Source: Acanthaster planci
Taxonomy: Eukaryota
Assembly: GCF_001949145.1 (NCBI RefSeq)
Contig: NW_019091360.1
Location: 2,043,599-2,107,598, forward strand
Direction of reading: 5' to 3'
Length of the DNA stretch: 64,000 nucleotides
A program made the position numbers and the translations under genes. This document shows positions 37,671 to 48,800 of the stretch, piece after piece (the stretch's first letter is position 1; every line of letters starts with the position of its first letter). The notes beneath the pieces were generated by a model. It saw only the letters and a list, made by a program, of their open reading frames with translations. It ran no database searches and was not told where the DNA came from.

Positions 37671-38485
37671 TCACCAATAGTTGCTGGCTGAGCCGTTTCC
37701 CGAAGACGAAGTGCCGGAAGAAGTACTGGTGGCACAGGGTGTCGTGCACTTGCGGGCCTGGGCGCCAAATTTTCGGTGATACCAGCAGACGTCAGGAGAG
37801 GGACGGAAAGGACTGCGGCTGTGGCGATGGTTGCCACTACGTGACAAGGCTAATACTTTGGCCTGAAGTTGGGAGATGTCGTCTCTCAGTTGCAGGAAAG
37901 TAGTGGCCATCTGGGATGGGGAAGTGGCTGTACATGTAGGTGTCACCGTAGCAACTTGAGGGGTTAGAGGAGGGGCAACTTCCACAATTTTGTCAGCTAA
38001 CATAGCCAGTCGGTCAATGTCAACATCATCTGCAGAGGATGCAAGCACAAGCTGGATACTGCTTGGCAGCCTCTGTAGGAATAACTGTTTGAATACGGTC
38101 GGTTTGAGCGTGCATTCTCCGAGCAGCTGTTGCATTCTCCAGAGGAGTTGGGATGGTTTTCTGTCCCCCAAATCTTCTGAGGTCAAGAGTTTGTGCAGCC
38201 ATTATTTCTCGGACTCGCCTGTATGTTTGACGAGTTCTTCTTTCTATGTGGTGTACGGCTGGTTGGCAGGCCGATGTATCAAAATGTCTCGTACTTCTTG
38301 GGTGATGGATGGTTGCAGGGAAGCAACAACATAGTGGTAACAAGTCTCCTCAGATGTGATAAGCCTGGTGGCAAACTGGGCCTTGACTTGAGTGAACCAA
38401 ATGAGGGATCATTCGGCCAGAAAGGAGGTAGTTTGAGGCTAACTGCAGCAACGAGCTGGGGAGCAGACATGCTTGGAGTATCCAT
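37671..38485 (-). pseudogene. CsRn1-like gag, frameshifted
   Basis: VSLKLPPFWPNDP; LGDRKPSQLL..LFLQRLP; CHCC knuckle CWYHRKFGAQARKCTTPC. Confidence 0.9.
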
Positions 38486-38543
38486 TCTCAGTCAAGAAAT
38501 CAACAGGAGCAACTATTAAAGGACGTGCACTGGGTCACCAATT

Positions 38544-38851
38544 TATAGGGTCGTCATGAGAGTCAGCATTGATTCAGCGTTGTTACCAGCTTTATTCGCA
38601 AGAACAACCAAGAAGGTTGCAATAGAATTGTACGCTAACTATTGACTGAATTGGAGAACTGAAAAGCAGACTAATACTGGATACTGGATCTGGATACTGA
38701 GGAGCTGTGCAATGACGCAGGACTTATACATGTATACGGTTAGAAACAGGATGTAGTTAAAGTCACAAAATTTAAGAAAGTCTTAGTCATATGTCTTAGC
38801 TGGATTCTTAGAATAATGACTGTGAATGAATATTCCAAGCACGTCGCTACA
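38544..38851 (-). repeat. 5' LTR of the CsRn1-like element
   Basis: Aligns with 31889-32409 and is followed on the minus strand by the PBS. Confidence 0.9.
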
Positions 38852-40875
38852 CCTTACTAGTCATACGTTTACATTTACAGTCTCAGGAAGTTTTCATGTA
38901 GCAAATTTGGACTTTTTTATGTTTGTAACGGTGACATTACTGCGGAAAAATCTGACCAGAAAAACAATCTTTGTTATCAGCACTTACAAATAGATAAAGA
39001 TTTCAAAAATCACTGCACTTGTAAATTTACTGAGCAGCCCAAAAATGAATGCATTTTTCTCGGAACAACACATATCTTACATGTACACCTGTAGATACAA
39101 CATTTTTGCACTGGCACAACATTGAATGGATTCAAAATGTTCAGTGAAATACAAGAGGTCCATAAATGTTGGCTTCAAAGGCTTTAACCTAACCCCCTCG
39201 GGTGTATGTAAAATCGTATTGACATTGGAGGATTTTGGAGGTGTTGGGGTTAAGGAAATGTTCACTAAATGAATGATTGGTACTGTCAAAGGTTTCAGCA
39301 ACGGCCAATTAGCAAAACTTTAATCACTTACATGTACATGTATGTATGTACATTTTGTACAGAAACAGTGTGAAATGTGTCTAACTCAAAAAAAAAAAAA
39401 AAACTGGTCACACAAAACTTTAAAACTTTACCATGAGTTGCAGTACAGTCACAAGATCAAATTATGGAACAAGACTTGAATGGGTACACGGCTACAGTGT
39501 ACCGGTACACTACAACTGCGTTAACTTTAACTTTTTCAGGACACCTGATTCAACCAGTTTTACATGTACATCTACACAACTACTGTAAGCAGAAGTGTTC
39601 ATGCAAGCAAGAAAGATGGCAAAAACAACTATTTTCAGTTCTCCATAAATCAGGAACAGACTTTTCCACATTACTACTTTTGAATATCCACCCCAAAATG
39701 TCAGCACACGTTATCCTGATGTCACATAAATTTCAACAAAAGAACATGACATTCTGAAAAATGCACAAGTTGATGTTACATGATTCCCAAAGAATTCGTT
39801 AAGACACTATGATTTCAAAGCAGAACTTTCGTAAAAGATTTCTGTCTCTGGCAAATTTTGCTAGGACTTTGGGTCTTACATACAAGACTTTGTCAAACCT
39901 TTTACCACCAGTAAACCTTACTAGTGTGGTCATACATGTATCTTGACTAATCTTTCACAATTGTGCCTCTAGGCACTGTCTCATTCGAAACAAAAATTCA
40001 TTTGTATTTCCTATAAGTTTTGAATATTTTTCTTTGAAGATTTATGAGGAAAGATTGAGGAACAAGCTCAAATTTGAGCATGAAAATACACGTGTATGCC
40101 CTGACTGGTCCAACAAGGCCTTCATCAATATAAACTTGACTGGTCCTTGTTAAGCCCAATCACACTCAAACATGATCTTACTACATCCTTAGGATGTAGG
40201 ATCTTTAGTAGGATCTTTATACATGTGGTACAAGTGCACCTCGATCGGGAAGAAGTTTATGCTGTTCCCACCAGAGAACTGATGTGGTGCACTGTTTAAG
40301 CCAATGTATACAATGCTCGGAGATGTGACAGCAGCCTGCAACAAATACACCAAGCAGCAACAATATATGGTATTCCTATCGTACCATGATCTTCTACGTC
40401 ATAAGCAATGGTATTGAAGTCTTTGACATTGTGGAAAGATCCAATTGCATCTTAGCGGAGTCAGAACTCACACTCAATTTTATCATGCTGAGAACGCAAT
40501 GTAAACTTCACACGTGCTGGCACCGCAGTATAATCTTGAAAGAACAATTTTCCATCCACTTTTCCTAGTTTCATTCTGTCCTAACAATGATTTATTGAAA
40601 TTTTGCAATGTAGCAGGGTCTTCGTGGTCGTCATCAGAGTGTGATGGGGCATTACCGGTATGTTCAAACCCTGAATGACTACTAGCTGAAAATATGTTGA
40701 CTCTAAACCAAACATCCATGGATGCCTGCCTGTACATGATATGAAGTGATATGAAACATTCTTGAGACATTAAAATGGAATTAGTTCACCCAACATAATG
40801 GCATACATTGACTCAACTGACAAAGGGCTTGTTAACTGAAGAAAGTTCAAAGTGTATGGAGACACTCACCAATTT

Positions 40876-41247
40876 TCATAGATAGATGGTGGGCAAGTCT
40901 TGATGTCCACTTGATGTCAGGTCCATGATGGATAAGTCTTGATGTCCACTTGATGTCAGGTCCATGATGGATAAGTCTTGATGTCCACTTGATGTCAGGT
41001 CCATGATGGATAAGTCTTGATGTCCACTTGATGTCAGGTCCATGGTGGACAAGTCTTGATGTCCACTTGATGTTAGGTCCATGATGGATAAGTCTTGATG
41101 TCCACTTGATGTCAGGTCCATGATGGATAAATCTTGATGTCCACTTGATGTCAGGTCCATGATGGATAAGTCTTGATGTCCACTTGATGTCAGGTCCGTG
41201 GTCTGAGTGGTGAAGAACAGCTTCAACGATGACTTGTGATCTGTCAT
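40876..41247 (-). CDS. Putative 123-aa tandem-repeat ORF (13-aa unit MDLTSSGHQDLSI, ~8 copies) within exon-like segment 40870-41247; translation unproven
   Basis: TTTCTCTACAG|ATG acceptor, open through all repeats, stop 6 nt before a TTG|GTGAGT donor. Confidence 0.3.
   Translation of the reverse strand: MTDHKSSLKLFFTTQTTDLTSSGHQDLSIMDLTSSGHQDLSIMDLTSSGHQDLSIMDLTSSGHQDLSTMDLTSSGHQDLSIMDLTSSGHQDLSIMDLTSSGHQDLSIMDLTSSGHQDLPTIYL
40895..41197. repeat. 39-bp minisatellite, ~7.8 near-identical units
   Basis: Unit AAGTCTTGATGTCCACTTGATGTCAGGTCCATGATGGAT. Confidence 0.95.
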
Positions 41248-41262
41248 CTGTAGAGAAACGTT

Positions 41263-41617
41263 CCCAAGAAGGGGTGGTTCAATGAGACATGGGTGTCATC
41301 AGGAGGAGGCATACATTAAAAGGGGATGGTGAACTGAGGAACTCCCAAGAAGGGGTGGTTCAATGAGACATGGGTGTCATCAGGAGGAGGCATACATTAA
41401 AAGGGGATGGTGAATTGAGGAACTCCCAAGAAGGGGTGGTTCAATGAGACATGGGTGTCATCAGGAGGAGGCATACATTAAAAGGGGATGGTGAATTGAG
41501 GAACCCTCAAGAAGGGGTAGTCCAGGAAGGAGGCATACATTAAAAGGGATGGTGAACTGAGGAACCCTCAAGAAGGGGTAGTCTAGGAAGGAGGCATACA
41601 TCTACATTAAAAGGGGG
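41263..41617. repeat. 81-bp tandem repeat (3 units) plus two ~60-bp internally deleted units
   Basis: CCCAAGAAGGGGTGGTTCAATGAGACATGGG... starts at 41263, 41344 and 41425; shorter variants at ~41504 and ~41565. Confidence 0.95.
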
Positions 41618-41701
41618 ATAAATTCTGACCAGTTTCATTCCCTTTCTGTGTCTCACTGGAAAAGTCAGAAAGTCAGTCAGAAACAGAATGGCAAATCTTA
41701 C

Positions 41702-41788
41702 CTTCTTATCAAGTCCAAGGACTCTTGTTCCACATGAACAGGGCACCCCTTCTTACAAACATCCATGGTGTCAAATCTTCCCATCAAC
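41702..41788 (-). other. Reiterated exon-like module A, copy 1
   Basis: TTCTTCCTCAG|GTTGATGGGAAG...AACAAGAGTCCTTGGACTTGATAAGAAG|GTAAGATTT. Confidence 0.55.
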
Positions 41789-42141
41789 CTGAGGAAGAAT
41801 CAGAGACACAGTCATTTGTGATTATTAATTGTTTTCATCATGGACAACTAGTACATTTTGTACGTATAAATGTAGCAAGCTTCCATGTACATGTACAGTG
41901 TAGCCTGTGTGCACCTACCGGTACAGTACATGAATCTTTCAAGCACAGACAACTCAGCTGGCAAATCAGAGATACTGGTATGCAAAATAATGCTTAGAGT
42001 CAGATCACATTTGTTTCAAACCTTGATATAAAGCCTAGTCACCAATTTTCAACTTTCACTTCTATTACAAAGAAATCTCGTTACACGTAAGTTACTCTCA
42101 GAAAAACTCAAAACTTTGCATTACTTGAAGTACATTTAAGT

Positions 42142-43163
42142 GGGTCTGTCCACACTAAAAGACACATTTGTGTGACATTCAATACAAATTTCCAACTGTT
42201 AATTTTTTTGCATTATTTCTTGCTAACATAAGTGTATGTCTTCACAGTTTCTGTTTGTTGCCACAAAGGTAAAGATAAATTGAGCAGTATTTGAGAAATT
42301 ACAGAAGTGCAGTCTTGAAGGTATAACTTTTGTCATACATGTACATGTACTGTACATGTATCATGACCTGGGGACAGCCAATCTTCTCACTTTCATTTCA
42401 GCAAAATGAACCAACTCTTTTTAATTAATTGTTTGTTATTTTAATTAATTGGGTTATATGTACTCATAAAGATAAGTCTTCTGAGATTTTTATGTTTAGA
42501 GGGGAAAAAATAGTTCTGACAAACGTTACAAAACAGTGGACAGACATTGCAATTCCTAATATCAAATCTTAGTTTTGTTGTCTGATAAAAAAAAAACACA
42601 AATATGATGTAAACCATTATTGTGAAAACTTTCTCAGGAAGATCTATATTTTTGTTGAGATTATCTGCTCAAGGAATGGCAAAGTCTGTTTGTTTCAATG
42701 CTTGTCACTCTGTGGAAAGACACCGTGACGAACGTTATTCCTCAATTAGCTCTCCTTAAATTCCGGTTTAATATACGGTAACTTAAAGAAATAAAAAGCC
42801 ATAGATTTTAACCATTTCTTAAATGTTATACCTGTAGCACCCATGTTTTAACAGATGAATTGCTTTTCTCTCTAAGAGCGGTATTTTAGATTACCTGAAA
42901 AACATGAGCTGACACAGTTACGTGCATGTCCCACCAGGACCCCTAAAATAAGCTGGACGTTTTTATCAAGATCCTGATTATTTTAACCATTGTTACCAAT
43001 GAACAACCAAATCCTATTAAACTGTGTAAACTACATGTACATGTATATCTCCACAATTAAACAAATATCAATAAAATTGTCAAAGTTCATTTCTTGACTC
43101 TTAATACTGTTAAAGAAATGATTTTGGTTATGTGCAAATGTGTCTTTTAGTGTGGACGGACCC
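42142..43163. mobile_element. Non-autonomous TIR transposon with GGG termini and 4-bp TSD AAGT (Sola2-like by terminal features)
   Basis: GGGTCTGTCCACACTAAAAGACACATTTG ... CAAATGTGTCTTTTAGTGTGGACGGACCC; AAGT on both flanks. Confidence 0.85.
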
Positions 43164-44469
43164 AAGTACATGTACATACATGTACAGTACATAAACACCC
43201 AAAACAACAAAGCAGCAGAGACATTTACAACAACTCAAAGTTTTACTTGGTCTGTCTGAAAGAAACTGCTGCCAAAAGGAGTAAGCGATCACAGAATACT
43301 GTCCTAGAGTCCTCGCCGCTAATGCAGAGTTTTTTCCAGTAAGGGATGCACTGTACGCTGACACTGCGATTGACTAGTCAATATTAAACCAGCCCAAAAC
43401 TCCAACGAATCCTGACTTTCAAGTTAAAGCCTGATTCCCTGCTAACTACAGCTGGTCCATTTGTATCCTGCATACCAGCAGTCCAATCACTGGTTCTTTG
43501 CAGTGATCATGTGACCGCAGAAACATTTGAGCACACACATACAGTATACATTTGGCTTCTGAGTTGGTCCCATCATTACGAGAGATTTCACGAAACTCAC
43601 GTACTGCATATGTCCACAACTTGCACAACAAATCGCATAACTCACGCAATCACTTTAGGTGGCATAAACTGTGCTGAACAAAGCAAACATGAATGATTTG
43701 ACGTACTCATCATGTTTGGCCGAGGCTCAACATTGCTAAATTTAACACAGTTTTATACATGTATACAAGATACTGTACATAGGCACATGTACCAGAACAA
43801 CTTTGGTATAGAGGGCAATGAAAAACTTGTTTGGCTGTTAAACAACTTTGAGATTTTTTGTCCAGTTCCGAGAGAGAGAAGACGAAACTTGTTCAAAGTG
43901 GTGGGCAGAGGTTATTCAATGACTGTTTGATGACTGCTGTACATGTAATTCTGCAAAGGAATAGCTGCTGTAAAAGCCAGTATCGTCTCCGTCCAAGAAA
44001 TGTAATATAATTAAAATGTTGCATAGCTACACAACATTTGGTGATATCAAAGCATGGGTCAATGTTACATGTACATGTACATGTATGCACGCCATGCTTC
44101 GTGAAATCGGCTGCAGGTCATCACATACAATGTACACTGTACCGGTTGGGCGGTACAGTAGCCTTAATTCAAAATTCTCTCCTTGGGTTCACGGTAAACC
44201 TTAAACCACCCTTTGTGCATGTATGTGAAGGTGCTGGACAAGTGACTTGATTACTAGGTTCTGAATGATCAGATGAAAATCAAACAATTTAGCATTTCAC
44301 GATTCTGCTTGACTGCACAAAAGTCTGCTAAATCAACCCAACATAGTACACTGACACTTGATCCACAAGTGGTTATAAAACGTCTATACTGACAGTACTG
44401 CTTATAAAACTGTCTACCCACATTCATGTGGATACAATCCACTTTGATTTTGCAGAGTTCACTCTTCTA

Positions 44470-44844
44470 CACTGCATGTCGTGTGCCTGGAAGGAGGACG
44501 TTTACAAGCAATTATGCCCTTTTGCCGGGAAGCATAATCACTACAAAAAAGCCTTTCCCGGCAAACGGACCTATGTAATGCAACGGTTTTATTTTAATGA
44601 AATATACAGATTTCATTGCAAAAGTTAAAAAAAAAATTTCCTAATCATTTAATAATTTGTGCAAAGGTTGCTTTTTGTACAGCCTGTGTTGATTCTATAG
44701 TAAATTTTATCCGTTTTTACTAAATAAAGTATGTTCCTTGCATAATTTTGCCCGTAACATTTTTTTCTGCTGTGATCATGCTTCCCGGCATAAGGGCGTA
44801 AGCACGCTTACAACCTTTTGCCAGGCACACAACGATGTACAGTG
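44470..44844. mobile_element. MITE with CACTG...CAGTG termini and TA flanks
   Basis: TA|CACTGCATGTCGTGTGCCTGG...GCCCTTTTGCCGGGAAGCAT mirrored by ATGCTTCCCGGCATAAGGGC...CCAGGCACACAACGATGTACAGTG|TA. Confidence 0.7.
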
Positions 44845-45183
44845 TAATAACGCAGTGACTGCTTAAGTTCCAGCCCTTCCTGTAGCATTATAAATTACGC
44901 TGACAATGCATTCATTACAGTGTACCCTACTTGACAGGTGAGCCTACCGGGGATTACATTCGAGGTGATAAATTTCATTAGTTAGGGTAATCACCACTAC
45001 TGCTATCTCTCAATAAATGCACCAAAAAAACTAGGGAGACTGTCTTTAATTCTTGGTGAGGTACATGTACTGTAGAAAGGGTGGAACAGTGTAACTTATC
45101 CTGGAACTGTGTGGTACACATAAATGTACAGTGCACATGTAACTAGATGAGAAACTGAACTGGATTGGGAATACTGAAGTGTT

Positions 45184-45345
45184 GTCACAGTGTAGTAAGG
45201 CAAATTGATGTTCTGAGGTGTTCATTTTATCAGTCTGCCGTTTAGAGTGTTTTTAATATTTGACGTCACAGTGTAGTAAGGCAAATTGATGTTCTGAGGT
45301 GTTCATTTTATCAGTCTGTGGTTCAGAGTGTTTTTAATATTTGAC
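45184..45345. repeat. 81-bp tandem duplication (2 units)
   Basis: GTCACAGTGTAGTAAGGCAAATTGATGTTCTGAGG... at 45184 and 45265. Confidence 0.9.
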
Positions 45346-45809
45346 TTGCACATTTGGTTCACTGTAACAGCAGAATAAGACCAAGATAGAAAGGGTAAAG
45401 AAAACTGCTCAACAATTATGGGCTTGATCTTGTAATCCTTGGATACATGGTTTGAAACCCAAACAGCTGCCAAGTTACATGTTACAGTTTTAATTGATGC
45501 AGTATCAGACTTGCCTGCCATATGAAGAAACACTCTTCATTTTCACAAAGACCATGAATAAACTCCATAATGTGACAAAGTCTCTAAACTTTGCAAAGAT
45601 GCCTACATGTAAGAACTCATCGAGTTTGTCACATGGACAGATTTAACATTTGTAACATGGACAGACATTTTTCTGATGTTTGAATTAGAGCATGAAAACA
45701 GAATTGTGTTTTCAAAACCATTTTTGTTTAAAAAGACTATTAAACCTCAGCTAAAATGAACACTATGTAAGTTTTTCTTAGTGAGTAACATTCTTCACAT
45801 GGACAGACA

Positions 45810-48800
45810 CAACGTTTGTCACATATCATAACTTGGGGACAGACAGTCCTCTCATTTTCATTTCAGCAAAAAGAACCAACTTTTTCTACTGAATTGTTCG
45901 TTTATTTAATTTGGACTTGTAATAAATGTATACATGTATATCATAAGATAAGTCTTCTAAGATTTTTACATTTGGAGGGGAAATGGTTTTGAAAAACATT
46001 ACAAAATAGTGGACAGACATTTGCAATTCCTAAAATCAAATCTTTGTTTTGTCATCTGAAAGAAAAAACAACCACAAACATGATGAAAACTATTATTGTA
46101 AAAACTTTTCCCAGGAAGATGTATGTTTTTATTCAGGTTATCTACTCAAGGAATGGCAAAATCAGCCTGTTTCATGTTTTTCACTTTGTGGACAGACACC
46201 GTGACGAATGTTTTTTCCTTAATAAGCTCTCCTTAAATTCCGGTTTAAGATAGCTTAAAGAAATGATCAGCATTGGATCGGACATATTTCTTTGGATGCT
46301 TGAGAGCGCGTGAAAATGTTTGAACCTCCATCACCCTTTAACTGTTCTGGCCTCAACTCTGCAGTCTTTTGCATGACTTTTGCCTACTTCTTTTTATCGG
46401 TAATTGGTAAGCTATATCTCTTGATCGGGAGGTCTTAAACTAAGCATGCTAAAAGCCGTAAATGACCAAAACACGTATCATACAGTGATGTCTCCTATAG
46501 TCTACACAGACTCAGACAGCAATCCCTGTCAAAATTCCCAACCTAAACGTCGTTTCACTCAGAGCCAAGATACTAAAAGCCAACCAACTCTAGTCATCAT
46601 CAACTCCCCAGATGTCAAACTAGCTAAGGTTAACCTGATCAAAAAAACCAAAGCTCTGAATAGTCTTGGCGGCAATTTCGTGAAAGGTGTCTCCAAGAAT
46701 AACCAAGGGGGTATTACTATCAGATGCCATACTTCAGCAAAGGCAAGAAAACTAAAAGCTATGTCTCATTTAGATGAATGGGCCATAACCACTGAATACA
46801 CAAAATCAGGAACACAAAGTAAGGGAGATGTGACTGGAATACACACCGATATGGACGAAGAAGAAATTCTGGAGGCCTGCAAAAAGAATGGAGTCTTGGA
46901 AGTTCAATGCCTGATGCGTAGAAAAGACGGGCAACTAGAGAAAAGCCTCTCTCTGTCTGCCTAACATTCAACACACCCACCCTTCCTGACACTTTCCAAC
47001 TAGGCTATGAAAACGTCCGGATTAAACTTTTCATCCCACCCGTAATCCGATGCTTCAATTGCCAACGACTTGGCCATGTAGCTAGTAATTGCCGTAGTGC
47101 AACTAGAACTAAGATGCATAAGATATGAAGGATCCCATTCGTATGATCAATGCCAACAAAAATATCAGGTCAAGTGCTGCAGATGTGGGGAACAACACTC
47201 ATCAGCTTACGTGGGGTGCAACACTACCAAACAAGAAAAGCAAATCCAAAACACCAAAGTTTCATACAACGTATCATATGCTGATGCAGCAAGAGCCATC
47301 AAGACAGACATCTCCACAAGCCCTGATATAGCTACTCAACCATCAACACCTGAAATGCTACCAAGAGGAACTCCCGAGAAGAGATCGATCGCAGACTCCA
47401 CCAAAACGAAGATAAATAACAGTACTTCTAATCGATCCCAAACCACACAAAAAGATGCCACTACCCAAACGGAACAAATGACATGCAGACAAACGGACCC
47501 CCTACATCAGTGCCTCTGCAGTGAGCTCAACATCTTAGAGCCACTCACTGGAGTAATGCCAATCTGGGATACTATCAAAGGCAAAGACAAAAGAACAGCT
47601 GCAAATAAATCCCTCATAGATCACCTCTGCCCTGGACCTGAGGAATCTGGAAAATGTAAAGAAAAACATGGAAGACGAAGAACTACATCACAGTCACCGA
47701 TCAGTGCAAGCAAAACAGATATGCCGAAATCGCACCAAATGAAGACAGGAACACAAACTACCACCACCCAGCAAAGTGCAAACCAATCCCCCAAAAGAAA
47801 CCCAAACAAATTTACATGAATATTCATATTCTTATGACAGGCTTATTTATTTTACAATGGAATGCACAATCCCTCACAGCCCATCAAAAGCAACACAAAT
47901 ACATGTATGCCATTCATTCTTGGTCCACCAAAACCAGATATCATTTGCATCCAAGAAAAAAAGTTTGTAGCTCTATGGTTAAATAAAGACAAGAATTTTA
48001 GATTACCTGGTTATGACATCTACCAACACGATAGAAACAACACTAACAAGAAAGTGGTGGTGGATGTGCTCTTTTGATAGAGTGTGTTATTGCCTTTAAA
48101 TACAAAACAGGTTCTAGCACCCCAGTAGAATTCCAAATGGGCGAAATCTATGACTGCTATGACAAAATCAGCATACATGTAATTAATATATAACCCATGG
48201 TCCTAACTAGATCTTGATTCACTTAACCAGATCATTGAAAATGCAGATAAGCCATGCATAACTTGTGGTGACTTCAATGACCATAACCCACTGTGGGGCA
48301 GCTCTAAACTTGACCATAATGGAAAAATTATTGATGACATCATTTCAATCTGGTTTGTCTTAACACCGGCGAAGGCACTAGAGTTAATTTATCCCACAGC
48401 CCTCCCTCTTGCATTGATATCACTCTGGCTTCCCCTTGTATAGCCTCCAAAAGTTACTGGGCGGTGCTAAACGGCACATGGGCAAGTGACCACTGCCCAA
48501 TTACCATCAATATTCACCATCGTATTTATACAACAGCTGATAAATCCACACCCAGATGGTCCCTACAAAAAACTGATTGCAGTCAATTTGAGGAAGAATG
48601 TGACCACATCATAACTAAACCAGATAACACTTCTAGTATTGATGACACTACATGTATGACAAATTTACTCAAGAACTCGATCAAGTGATGGCTCTCTCCA
48701 TACCTAAAACCAACCCGAATCACACGACTAAGCACCCCTCCTCCTGGTATAATGGCAAGTGTAAGCAAGTTACTGAGAACAAAAAGGCCGCTTTCAAAAC

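Larger units (their letters stand above)
31889..38851 (-). mobile_element. CsRn1-like Ty3/Gypsy LTR retrotransposon with both LTRs and TSD CCTT, defective
   Basis: LTRs at 38544-38851 and 31889-32409; CCTT on both flanks; tRNA-Trp-type PBS TGGTGACCC at ~38532-38540; purine-rich tract GGAAGGGGG next to the 3' LTR; recognisable gag and pol. Confidence 0.95.

Noticed and set aside
40895..41617. CRISPR-like appearance of regular repeats
   Set aside because: Units are contiguous with no unique spacers, there are no cas genes, and the context is eukaryotic; these are minisatellites.
41263..41617. Array of C/D snoRNAs (TGATGA in each 81-bp unit, minus strand)
   Set aside because: No appropriately placed CTGA D box, terminal stem or recognisable rRNA guide.
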